Below the pieces are notes generated by a model. It searched no databases. It saw only the letters and a list, made by a program, of their open reading frames with translations, and was not told where the DNA came from. Shown here piece by piece: positions 12,913 through 25,005 of a stretch of 64,000 nucleotides of DNA; position 1 is the stretch's first letter; each line of letters begins with the position of its first letter. Both the position numbers and the translations under genes were made by a program. Source of the stretch: Podarcis tiliguerta (taxonomy: Eukaryota); NCBI GenBank assembly GCA_965153285.1, contig OZ229123.1; one strand, 5' to 3'.

Positions 12913-13584
12913 AAATCAGAGATTTGCCGCACCAAAAAAGAAAAGAAAAAAAAGGTAAAAGAGCAGGTAAGGCTCCAGAATAAGCATTGCAGGTAATGGA
13001 TTTTCAAAAAAATGGAAGAAAATGGTAGAAAGACAATAAGGACTCTGCAGACAAGAACTGGGTGTGTTTTGGCCTGATCTCTACATTTGCAAGACATGAA
13101 CGAGATTAAATACAAAATACACATAATTCAGCAAAGATGAGTATGGGCCTGTGTTTGTGTGGATGTGCAAGGTGGGAACTGCAGTCAACAATGGAACAAT
13201 AGAACTCAAGAGGTGGTGGGCTCTCCCTCACCAGAGGATGCTCTGGGTCAAGGTTTCCAGCAGGAGGTTGGGACCAGGTTGGTGGCATTCTGTGAATCCC
13301 TAAAAGCTCAGTCACTTCTACTGAAACCCAAAGGGCACAGGCACATCAATGTGTGGCTGTGATCCTGGTCTTTGTGTGGCAGTGACTAGAGCATCGTTGG
13401 CAACAAACATCCAATGGGGCCAGATTCCTCCACGTCTCTGGTTCAATCTTTTGAGTTATGGGATCAGAACAAAAGCAACTGTTTTTCTGGCTTGTAAATT
13501 TGTGACAAATGGCAGCGTAGGAGCTCTTGATTCCCATTACAGTGATGAGGAAACAGCTTCATAGTCAAGACTAACTTTGCTCTA

Positions 13585-13934
13585 AAAAGGTAACGGTCAA
13601 GGACCCCTGACAGTTAAGTCCAGTCGTGAACGACTCTGGGGTTGCGGCGCTCATCTCACTTTACAGGCCGAGGGAGGCGGCATTTGTCTGCTCCCCAGAC
13701 AGTTTTTTCAGGTCATGTGGCCAGCATGACTAAGCCACTTCTGGCGAAACCAGAGCAGCACATGGAAACGCCGTTTACTTTCCCGCTGGAGCAGTACCTA
13801 TTTATCTACTTGCACTTTTTGGGGTGCTTTCGAACTGCTAGATTGACAGGAGTTGGGACCGAGCAACGGGAGCTCACCCTGTCGCAGGAATTCGAACTGC
13901 CAACCTTCTGATCGGCAAGCCCAAGAGGCTCAGT
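13585..13934 (-). mobile_element. Sauria SINE (5' end incomplete)
   Basis: Homologous to other copies; ends after aagaggctcagt. Confidence 0.9.
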
Positions 13935-14351
13935 TCAAACACCTTAAAATTCAGCAGCAAAGCCCACTCTGAGAGGTGTGCTTTGAACTGCCTTGTCAGC
14001 TTGCCAAGGTGCTTCTCCTGGCACTGTCCTTTGGATCTGAACACAGAGCTCAAAATGGGAATCAAACAACATGTAGCCGATGAGTGAGCTTCAGCACCGT
14101 GGACTAGAAGCAAGCACTAGCTGGGCTTCTGTGTCTCATTCTGTCCTCCACCCCACCACAAAAAACCTACTAATGTGGGGTGGGGGACAGGAGTTCAATC
14201 TATGTCCCCCAAGCCTACTCTACTGCAATGTATTTCTAAGGAATTCATTAAGCGGAACTTGCTTTTAAGGAAATGTACGTTGAGGTCTAAAACATCTTAA
14301 AGCAGGGGAAAGTGCTCAATATAATTTTCAGGTAGGTCTGTCGTGTTTTAA

Positions 14352-14757
14352 ATTTGAAATTTGAAATACTTTATTGTCACTTGTACAACTTGTATACAGT
14401 GAGATTACACGAGCACCCCCCACTCAGCTCTCTTAGTCTTAATTCCCCTCATTTACTGACGCACACCCACCAAACCTGAAAGTCAGTTGCCCTGTTGTTA
14501 TCTTTTCATTCAGCACCCTAACAACCCACGGATAGAAGCTGTTCTTTACCCTGTTGGTGCGACTAATCATGCTTCTATATCTTCTGCCCGAGGGCAGGAG
14601 ATCAATAAAGTGCCGGCCAGGGTGTGAATCATCCCTGAGAATTTTCCTCACTCTCCTGAGGCAATGTTCTTCCGCGATGTCATCCAGTGGATTCACGGGA
14701 CAACCCATAATATCTTGTGCTGTATTCAGCAGCCTCTGTAGGCACTTCCTATCAGTT
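14352..14757 (-). mobile_element. Rex1/Babar-clade LINE 3' end
   Basis: Encodes ILRDDSHPGRHFIDLLPSGRRYRSMISRTNRVKNSFYP (DxSHP...LLPSGRRYRS...SF-P motif of Rex1 C-termini); short tandem tail. Confidence 0.85.
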
Positions 14758-16960
14758 GATTCGGAGGAAGGTGGCAGAAAACAGAGTGCTGCCCCTTCCA
14801 TGAAGCAGAGTGACGTGGGCACTTGAAAGGGAAGCAAGATGATGCCCATTTAATTTATTATTCCTGTATTTTTGCTTTCAGGCATGGTGGGGAGAAGCCC
14901 TCGGGGGAAATTCTGCCTCCAGTACACAAATACCTTGACCAGCCCTGAGTACGATGAAGCAAACCTTGACTTGGAATTGAGGGGGGGCATTTTCTGCTCA
15001 GCCTCTCATGCCTTGCAACGTCTTTCTCCTCCAGCCCTGAGACCACATCCCTTTTGGTCAGCAGGAAATCAAAGAGGACTGCTGAGAGTCCATCCAGCGG
15101 GAAGTTAATAGCCGGTTTAACCTTCATTTGGCTGCGGGGGATTAGCTAGCAGCATGGATAAATAGCAGGGACAGGTTTCTTCCAGTTGGCCAGTGTTGTC
15201 CCCTGCTCAGGGCAAAGAGGGAGTTACGGCTTCCCTTCAGGTTTAAGCATTTCTGCCTCTCTTTACTTGCTCCACAGTTACCTCACCACCCTGTGGAACA
15301 TTGTGGAGCAGGCCCCATTCACAGGGCAAGGGATTCCTCCCAGCTCAGCCCCATCTGCAGCTTCCCCAGTGATGGTTTTTCCTCAGGCTCAAATCCATTT
15401 CTTGCTGCTTCACTTGGCTGATCAATGGGCGCCGTTCAGTGGTAATATTGACTTAGAAAACTAGCTTGGAATGTCAGATGAAGTTCAAACTGCTCCAGTC
15501 AACAGGAGGGCAGCAATCATCAGGGCCACTTTAGAGCATCACAAAATTGCTAGGGTGTTTTTTTTTAATAGAGGCCTCTTGGAGCTGTATGTGGAGCGAC
15601 TTCACCTCTTTTCTTGTGTACCAAATAACTTTGTGTTTGTCTCATTTAAGGCAGTACAACCTCATGCAAGCACGTATTTCTGTAAAAATACTCAGATTTC
15701 CACATGTTGAAGTGCTGCTGTGTTAGAGCCAGACGCACAGAGGGGGGTTCAGCCATTGATTACTCTGCCCATTTCTTGAGACCGGAAGTAGTCTTGAGTT
15801 CTGCATCAATCTGAGGATGTTTTTTTTAAAGGTCTCATGAAAATTCATGTGTCTGTGCATTCCTTTTAATACATGTGATTTTGTATGCAATTTCCCTTAA
15901 TGTGAAGAATTTATGTAGTCAGCACCACTTTTGCACACAGTTTCCACTAATATATGTCCTTTTGCACACAGCTTTTGGGTGGAGAACTGTATCACAAAGT
16001 TTGGAGGAGTTTGCATTTCAAAGGATTGCTCCCCATTGTTTGTGTCTGCAAATCAGTCAGGGCTTCCCACCCCCAGACTCATCTGTTTTTTTTTCTAGAC
16101 CACCATATTGCAGCATGTAAACCAGTGTTTCTCAAACTTGGGTCTCTAGCTGTTGTTGGAATGAACTCCCATTATCCTAGCTAGCAGGACCAGACCAGTG
16201 AACAGATCCCAGGTGCACCAACTCTAGGGGGCAAAGATTTGTTTGAAGGAGGCCTAGGGCCACCCCCCATATTGAGGGGGCCCGGCATAACATCGTGGAA
16301 GGCTGCACCTGACTGCATGGTGTCAGGAGATGCCGCAGGAACTGGAATGCATGGTGTGAGGTCACACCAGCCTTGATAGATGCTGTGGGGACCGACACAG
16401 CCAAGCAGAATGCTTCACTAGCCTATGCGGCATTGGGAAACATGTGTGACATCACACAATGCACACATGACATCACACACACACACACACGTGATGTGGG
16501 CAGGCCAGCCCCCCCCCCAAATATTGGGGGGCAATCCGGTGTCACTGGCACATCTTGAAAGGCACTCAATATCTCCTTTCCCAAATAAGGGAATGCTTTA
16601 AAAGGTAATGTGAACTTGTAACATAGACTCTGTGGATGGGGTTGAGAGGGCAGGATGTGGAAGGTCTCCGTGCACCAAAGGGATCCCCAACCTCTGCATA
16701 AGTGCTGGTGCTGGTGGCACTCTCTTTCTGCCACCAGATGTTTGCCTCTTTCACCTGCTGTAGTCAGGATGTAGGGTTCAGCAGTGGGTTGTCCACTGTC
16801 CTCTGCAAAGGTTGCAGACGGTGGGCAGATGGCTGTGTGGCTGCTGAATGGACTGTGAGCTGAGGGGGAATAGGGGGGTTTCAATTGCAGAAGTACAGTG
16901 CTGGTAACTGGATATGTGAATCTGCCTACAGTCAGCCAACTCTTGCAGAGGGGTTGGCTG

Positions 16961-17503
16961 TGTGGGATGTAAACACAGGAGCAGTCAATGACAACATTCC
17001 TAGAGTGTACATGTTAGAACATGGGGAGGGATGTCAGTTCAGCAAGCAGGTAAACTTCCTGGGGACGGACTTCCTCCACATGTGACCAGAGGTGGGTGTG
17101 GCCTCACCTGTGCAGGTAAATGATAAAAGCACAGGGCAGGCAGCCATCTCTCTCTCTCTCTGCCATCTTCCTTTGATGAGGAAACATCTAAGCATGCCCT
17201 CTTGGCTCTCAGCCAAGAGAAGAGATAAGGACTATCTTGCTACAAGATAGATTCTAAGTGTATGTAACCTTTTAAAGCTGTCTGCCTTCTGGGATCACAT
17301 TGTGAACAGAACGTGAGTAAACTTTTTAATACTTTTATAAAGACTGTGTCGTGTCTTGTATTTTAAGAGGGAACAAAAAGGGGAAATTACAGGAGTAATT
17401 ATTATAGAGGTTCTAGCGAACCTGTGCAAGCATTACCGTTGTGAAATTAAAGGGGAATGTCTATAAACTCTGCTGATATTCTGCACCCCTGAACATTCCC
17501 ACA
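16961..17503 (+). mobile_element. solo LTR, family A copy 2, 543 bp
   Basis: TGTGGGATG...CATTCCCACA; perfect 5-bp TSD GGCTG (16956-16960, 17504-17508). Confidence 0.9.
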
Positions 17504-17521
17504 GGCTGATGGTCCCTGTTA

Positions 17522-17889
17522 AAGGTAAAGGTAAAGGATCCCTGACAGTTAAGTCCAGTCGCGAATGACTCTGGGGTTGCGGCGCTCATCTCGCTTTACA
17601 GGCTGAGGGAGCCGACGTTTGTCCGCAGACAGTTTTTCCGGGTCATATGGCCAGCATGACTAAGCCACTTCTGGAGAAACCAGGGCAGCGCACGGAAACG
17701 CCGTTTACCTTCCCGCCACAGCAGTACCTATTTATCTACTTGCACTTGACATGCTTTCAAACTGCTAGGTTGGCAGGAGCTGGGACAGAGCAATGGGAGC
17801 TCACCCCATCGCGGGGATTCGAACCGCCGACTTTCCAATCGGCAAGCCCAAGGCTCAGTGGTTCACACCACAGCACCACCTGCGTCCCC
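17522..17889 (-). mobile_element. Sauria SINE
   Basis: Full length; TSD ATGGTCCCTGTTA / ATGGTCTCTGTTA (17509-17521, 17890-17902). Confidence 0.93.
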
Positions 17890-18690
17890 ATGGTCTCTGT
17901 TACTGGACTCCAAACAGTGGAAGTGAATCCTATGCCATCCACAGTTTCAGAAAGTTATGTTTGCAGTTTGTGTCCAGGTCTTTACATGATTGTAGTTAAC
18001 TCACTTCCATGAGTGGAGAATGTGGTCGTTGGGCTCTTTCTATCATCACAAATTGCAGGAGCCAGGATGCAGAAAACAGACAAAATTCTTAAAACGCATC
18101 ACACACCTGTCAGTGGTAAAATGTGAGAGAATTGTCATTGTCTGCAAACTTTCAGAGAAAGGACCAGTAAATGAAAGTGTCCTCATGACAGAAGCTGTTT
18201 CTGAGATCCGGAGTGGAATCAGCAGCTCTAAGGAGTAAACAAACGCCCTCATATCGTTGTCAAGAGGCAGCTCTCCTCTCTCTTTGCTTCCAGGTCTAAA
18301 GTTTTGGATGCACATTGTGCTCTCATGTGGAAACCTGGAATGTGACATTGTGTGGCAGGCCAAGCGAAGGAAGGTGAACACACAGGCGGAGGGCACCACT
18401 CAGGCACTCTGCAGGGTCGGCTGGAGTGGAGGAGGAGACTGCCGCAGGGCAAATGGCAGCCAGCCAGCCTTCTGGAGCCAGGCCAGGCAAGCTGGAGGGG
18501 AAGTCTGCCATGGGAGGACCTTTCCTTCAAAGCACAGGGGGCTCCGGGGGAGAGAGGAGGGGAAGGAAGGAAGGAGGTGTACTGCTAAGACTGTAGCCCA
18601 GAAAGCCAGGTCTGTGAAAGTCAATAAGGGGTGTGGACCAGGGCTTGCCCGGGAAAAAGGATGCACAGGCTCAAACTTGACTCTAAACTA

Positions 18691-19379
18691 AAGGTAAAGG
18701 TACCCCTGACCGTTAGGTCCAGTCGTGGATGGCTCTAGGGTTGCAGCGCTCATCTTGCTCTATAGGCTGAGGAGCCCAGCGTTTGTCTGCAGACAGCTTC
18801 CGGGTCATGTGGCCAGCATGACTAAGCCGCTTCTGGTGAACCAGAGCAGTGCACAGAAACGCCATTTAACTTCCCACCAGAGTGGTACCTATTTATCTAC
18901 TTGCACTTGATGTGCTTTTGAACTGCTAGGTCATGGGTAGGCAAACTAAAGCCGGGGGCCGGATCCAGCCCAATCGCCTTCTAAATCCAGCCCGCGGATG
19001 GTCCGGGAATCAGTGTGTTTTTACATGAGTAGAATGTGTCCTTTTATTTAAAATGCATCTCTGGGTTATTTGTGGGGCCTGCCTGGTGTTTTTACATGAG
19101 TAGAATGTGTGCTTTTATTTAAAATGCATTTCTGGGTTATTTGTGGGGCATAGGAATTCATTCATTATTATTTTTTCAAAATATAGTCCTGCCCGCCACA
19201 AGGTCTGAGGGACAGTGGACCAGCCCCCTGCTGAAAAAGTTTGTTGACCCCTGTGCTGGGTGGGCAGGAGCAGGGACCAAACAATGGGAACTCACCCTGT
19301 CACAGGGAATTGAACTGCCAACCTTCCAACCAGCAAGCCCTAGGCTCAGTGGTTTAGACCACAGCGCCACCCGCATCCC
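18691..19379 (-). mobile_element. Sauria SINE split by hAT MITE
   Basis: TSD ACTCTAAACTA (18680-18690, 19381-19391); SINE sequence resumes after the insert. Confidence 0.92.
18932..19253. mobile_element. hAT (Charlie-like) MITE nested in SINE
   Basis: TIRs CATGGGTAGGCAAACT / AGTTTGTTGACCCCTG; 8-bp TSD TGCTAGGT/TGCTGGGT; internal ~70-bp tandem duplication. Confidence 0.9.
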
Positions 19380-21319
19380 AACTCTAAACTAGGCGAGAGT
19401 AAAACAAAGGACATGAACAAACGCCTTTGCACTTCTTGGGTTCAAGCGCCACGGTGGCGCTTGCTCTCAGGTAAATGCACCCTGACTGGCTTGTAGCAAC
19501 TTTACAACCTGATGCTTCCTAATGTTTTCTGGGATTAAGTCTTCCTGGTGAGTGTAGGTAAACGTGCATGCAGGATCATGTGGGTTTAACCATTGAAGTA
19601 CCCCACCCAAACAGAGGAGACATATATGCATATAATTCCTTCAGGTAACACCAAACAGATGTTATGGATTTCATTCAGTGTTGCTGCAAATGCATCTGAG
19701 GAGACCCTTACAAAGCTCATTGCAAAAGATGCAACCCAGCACAGACACAAACTCCTTGTTTCTCTTCTAAGCAGGACTCCTCCAGAATGCATGGCAATCT
19801 CCATGGTTCCTCTCTTCATAACTGTTACACCCAACCCTGGCCATAAATGCATCACAATGCCCTTGTAGCCTCAGTCCATCCCCTTCTGCTTGCTCCTGCT
19901 CCAAGAACAGTGATGGAGAGGTACCAGCACACTGGCAACCTCTCCCTTGGACCTCGTCTTGCCCACCTCGCCAATGTGGTTGCAATGGCTCCTGTGTTGG
20001 GCCACAGAAGAAGATGTTCTGGGAGATGGGCTGGAAGTGGGTGGATGGGAGGTGAAGGTACCTGTGATCAAGCAGTTAATTTGTTTCCCTGTCTTATCTG
20101 CTCATGACGAGGCATTAAGGAAGGTTTCCTTAATATATCTTAACTCCATTGTTGGCAAGTTAAGCTCAAGAGGCTGTGTGTGAGAGCTGGGAATTCCACT
20201 GATGTAGTCAGGATGTAATGTGTCCTGTACTCCCATCTTCTGCTCTATCTTTACAGCAGATATTTAAGCCTAAAAAGGCTGACACATTTCTAAATAATCC
20301 CCCAGGAAACAGTTTAGTGTGGGGCCATTATCTTGATAGTTCATAATTAGGTTCAATAAGAAAGCTTGTTTTGCCAACCCAGGTCAGATCCCTGCTGTGT
20401 CCGCCTGTGCCTGTGCTCAGTGACCTTGTTCCAAGAGTGTATTGTTAGAAAATCCATTATTATCATCACACACACTTTGGAGAAGTGGCTGTTTTGCGAA
20501 TTGATGGTGTGATGTTGCCACTTTAGATAAAAGAATCCATGAATTATTGACTTAATGAGTTAATGTTGCTTCAGTCTCCAATGAGACCTTTATAGGCTGG
20601 GTGCTATTTAACGGGAGACATCTGAGGCAAATACAGAGAGAGAGAGAGGGAGAGAGAACGAGTCCTCTGCAGGGCATGGAGGACTTCCTTAGAGCAGGCT
20701 TCTATCTTCTTGGACAATTCTGGGATTAAAATTATTGCATGGCAACCAGATGCCCAACTACATTCATTTTGTTTAATGCACAATCACAGCTTGCGTCTTA
20801 CTCATTTATCATGCACTGCTGGGGGCAGGAGGGTTTCTGCCCTGTAGGAATGTCACTGATAACAGATATAATATGAAAATCATTGAGACCCTGTAGGGCT
20901 ATCAACTCCTACAATTTGTATGGTGAAAATCTGAGCATGTAAAATACAATATGGGAGAGCTACAAACTCCCATCCATCTAGACCAATCTACCAAACATAA
21001 TGCTCCCGTGTAGAGATCCTCTTGCAAAGGAGCAAAATGAAGGTTCCAGCCAGCAGAGGTTCCTCACAGCAGTTCCATAGTTCCAGGAAAAAAGTGAAAT
21101 TCTGACTCTGAATAAGCCATCACACAGCTCACAAGCCTTCCATGTAAGAACAACTTGCCAGCTAAAGTCTGTCTTATCCAGCATCATGTTCTCACTGCCT
21201 CTGAGAAGGCCACAAGCATCTTCTCCAAATGTGCCTCTGAGCACCTGTATACCCTTTAGCAAACCTTTGCCTCCCCTGTCATCTAAAAGTCCAATCACCT
21301 CCCTAGCCAGCCTCTTGTT

Positions 21320-21620
21320 ACTAAGGCCTCTGAAGAGCTTTTGTTGTTGGTCTTCCTGTTTCTAGCAAGGTGCTTTTCCAGTTACCTATTTGCCAAAGTT
21401 TCTGTTCCCTTTTGTTTTCTTCATCCACACATTGTTTTAAAGGAAGGCATCCTCTTGGCCCTGGTGGTACTTTCCTTGATCTGTGGCAAACATTTCAGCG
21501 GAGCTTCTAATCATGTGGTTTTGAACAGCTCCCAAGCATTATGGAGTGCTTTGACTCTCTTGACTTTTCCTTTCAACTTTCTTTTCTCCCCCCCCCCCAA
21601 CCTTCCTTTCAACTTTCTGG
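21320..21620 (-). mobile_element. CR1 LINE ORF2 fragment
   Basis: Similar to 34420-34560 (ggcatcctcttggccctggtggtactttcc...tttgactctctt). Confidence 0.65.
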
Positions 21621-22530
21621 TGCAGTCCGTGTTCCCAGGGAGAACAAGGAAGGAGCAGCTTCAACAACTTCAGTTCCTGTGGGGCTCTTCTTGTTGCATT
21701 TGCTTCAATGACTGAGCTGAGCTCTCCTTAGGAAAACTGTACTGGAAGTGTGGCAAATGAAAGGAACCCTTTCTTGCATCTTTGCTTCATTCTTCTCTCT
21801 TTTTCCTTCCTAGAAAAACATGAATACTGCTGTTGATACACTCTCTGTTGAGGCATCCAGTGCTCTGTTCTCTGCAATCAGTTGCAGTTAATGATGCCTG
21901 AGAACACGAACAAGACGCCCCTGTTTTTATTAAGCTTTTAATAGGTTTTATTTGATTGTTGTATTTTTATATGACTGTGTATTGATGGTGAGGATTTTAT
22001 GTCAACCGCTTAGATATTTCTTTTCATATTAAGCCATTTATAATTTTTATACATCAGTAATAAAGCCCATCTTTGAGTCTACTCCTGCCAGTCCCACAAT
22101 CTTTCACTGTCTTCAGAATTCCTTTAGACACACATTTTAGCGTCCTGCTAATGTCACATTAGCAGATTGCAATCACAGTTGTTAAAATGAATACAAATGA
22201 ATTAATAATGATTATCTAATTATTTGAAAGTGTCATCCTACTTTAGGAGCCATTTCACAATGTTCCCAGGGGTTAATGACGCCACTCACTTCCTGTTGTA
22301 AATCATGCAGCAAAAGTGAGGGGGGTGAAGAGGTGTGAGAAAGGAAGGCACTAATCTGACGGGCTTCACACCCCCGTTGGAAACCATGCCAGAGTGATGG
22401 GCCCTCTGCTCTGTGTCCGCTTGCCGAAAGTCTTCACCACAAGGTCCCTTTGACCTCCCCCCCCCTCAGTTTATTGTTTTTACCTTGGCATTTTATTAGA
22501 ACAATTTTAAAGTTCAAAGAAAAAAACTAA

Positions 22531-22776
<246 letters not shown>

Positions 22777-23090
22777 GAAACCAAAACACAAGCAGCATGG
22801 GAGACGTTATGGAACTGGGATTTAAAGTTTACAGCATGCTGTACTTTGAAAGAAAATTATATGAAAATGATGTATCGCTGGTAATTAACCCCTAGTAAAT
22901 TAGCTAAAATGTATAAAGCAAGGTCAAATACGTGCTGTAAATGTAAGGAAAAGGAGGGCACCTTCTACCACATGTGGTGGAGCTGTAAAATAGTAAAAGA
23001 ATTTTGGGGGGTGATATATAATGAACTGAAAAAAATGTTTAAAATAACCTTTTCTAAAAACAAACAAGCCAGAAGCTTTTCTTCTAGGAT
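22777..23090 (+). mobile_element. L1-clade ORF2 C-terminal fragment adjoining RPL39 copy
   Basis: WETLW...[21 protein letters not shown]...CCKCKEKEGTFYHMWWSC; homologous to 12250-12410. Confidence 0.87.
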
Positions 23091-24636
23091 ACTGGTGGAT
23101 ACTGTCATGGTGGTGGAGCCCCTCCCACACATCCCCAGCAGGTGGACCTGCCACATTCTGCACCAAACTCAGTCCAAGGGCACCTGTCACCAAAAACCAT
23201 AGGGACATTTAAGGAGATCAGCAGGGATTCATAGAAATAGAATATCCATATAGTTTGAATTTAAAATGGCTGTTTCCTGTGCCCCATTAAACTATGAACT
23301 GCATTCAACTGAAAGACACAGGATAAATGAGATGCAAAATGGCCTTCTCAGCACCACTTGAAAAAGCATCCCGGGTCTCTTACTGCTGTAGGCAAGACCA
23401 CCTATGGGAGGATGGAGCTGTCCATGGAAGCAGCTCGGTTTGCTGATAGAGATGATGGAGATGTCAAAAGGCAACCTGCAGCCAGAATGACAGTGTGATT
23501 AACTGAAATGAGGCTGAAGTCACAAGCAGCTCAGGCCACTGGGAAATTAAGGCACCAATTCGAACCATCAAGATCAGCAATGATATTGTGGCATATCCTA
23601 GCAACAGCAGCAACATTAACCTTGCCATCCTAGACAGCGAACTAATTTCACAGCAGCAGCAGCAGCATTTCAGCATCTTTCAATCCCAGAACTTTTTGAA
23701 TGAATGCTGATATTCTCCAAATGGACCAGCTTCTGTCCTTTTCTTTAGGAGCAAATGGAGTGAATAATAGTGGTTTCCCCACAAACTGTTCCTGCAGGAA
23801 AAGAGCAGTTGCAAGGAATCCACATTCAGGAGAGAAGGTTCATGGTGCAGGAGCCACACAATTGCAGGGGTGAGACTTTGGGCATCCTTCCCTCCCTGAA
23901 TGAGGGATTAATAAATGACAGGAAGCAACTATGTGGATGGTCATAGTTTGCAACCCAGATAATCCATCAGTGCTAATGAGGTGTATCCCCCAGCAAGGGA
24001 GTTGCTTCCTGTTGTGCAGCTGGAAGTATTTCTGTGCTCTCCAGTAAGTGATCTGAGGATTTCTCCCTTTTCCAGTGTGATCCAACCACCACACAAAACA
24101 ATGCAGCTCCATTAAAGCAAAATCAGCTTGGTGGAGAGGAATGGCTACTTGGGGGCAAGGGTGAGAGGTACTATGCCTCTACTCCAGTGGGTCATTAAGA
24201 TGAAGCCCCCACCCCCATGTCAACCTACTCATTCACAATTAAGTTTGTACCCTACACTGAACACACCAAATCCTGGAGAAACAGTGTTGCAGCTGAACTA
24301 TTAAAGGCTGTGATCAGCGTGTTGGGGGGGGCGGAGTGGCTGCATCTGATGCTGAACTATATTGCTGCTACAAATTTCTGCTGCCGCCTGCCTGGGTTCT
24401 GCCTGAAAGGCTCTTCCCAGTCCTGTGGGCATTAGATGGGCACCTGGTTGTCCCCAGAGACTTGGAGGTCTTGTTCTGACCCATCACAGCCCATGAGGCA
24501 AGGTGGGCATTGCAGTTGCAGCACCATGGACAGCTCCATGAAACAAGGTGGGCGTTGCAGTTGCAGCACCACGGACAGCTCCAGGTGAGCCACAAAGGAG
24601 CTTGTCTAGGGGTGGGGTCTTTGTGTTGTTTTGTTT

Positions 24637-24783
24637 CATAAATCAGAATAATAGAATTGTCGAGTTGGAAGGGACCACGAGAAGCATATAGTCCAACCCC
24701 CTGCAGTGCAGGAATCTTTTGCCCAACATGGGGCTTGAACCCATGATCCTGAGATTAAGAGTCTCATGCTCCACCAACTGAGT
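24637..24783 (-). mobile_element. minimal SINE: tRNA-Lys(CTT)-derived head plus CR1-type tail
   Basis: Minus strand reads actcagttggtggagcatgagactCTTaatctcaggatcatgggttcaagccccatgttgggc, then gattcctgca...ggtcccttccaactc..attcta tail. Confidence 0.8.
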
Positions 24784-24817
24784 TTGAAGCTGAATCACTA
24801 GAAGTTAGGATTATGCA

Positions 24818-25005
24818 CATAGCTGTCAACTTTCAGATTTGAAAATAAGGGATCAGCAGCCTTGAAAATAAGGGATCAGCAGCCTCACCTGTCCCGGGGA
24901 CAGTCTACGGGATATCTAACAGTCTGGGATAGCAGCGGGAAGCAGCGGGAAACGGCGCTGGAATAAGGGAATTTCCCACCAAAAAAGGGAAGGTTGACAG
25001 CTATG
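24818..25005. mobile_element. hAT MITE, 188 bp
   Basis: TIRs CATAGCTGTCAAC / GTTGACAGCTATG; perfect 8-bp TSD ATTATGCA. Confidence 0.92.

Noticed and set aside
14860-15108. Strong splice acceptor (tttttgctttcag) followed by an ORF
   Set aside because: No recognisable protein, no matching donor, and stops in the other frames.
19593-20107. Protein-like ORFs as possible exons or endogenous viral remnants (also 4434-4694)
   Set aside because: No viral or host motif recognised; only a tBLASTx hit would justify a call.
23540-23710. CAG-rich stretch translating to a poly-Q-like peptide
   Set aside because: Bounded by in-frame stops with no splice signals or homology.
24721-24783. Functional tRNA-Lys gene
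   Set aside because: 5' acceptor strand missing, CpG-decay substitutions, and fused to a CR1 tail.
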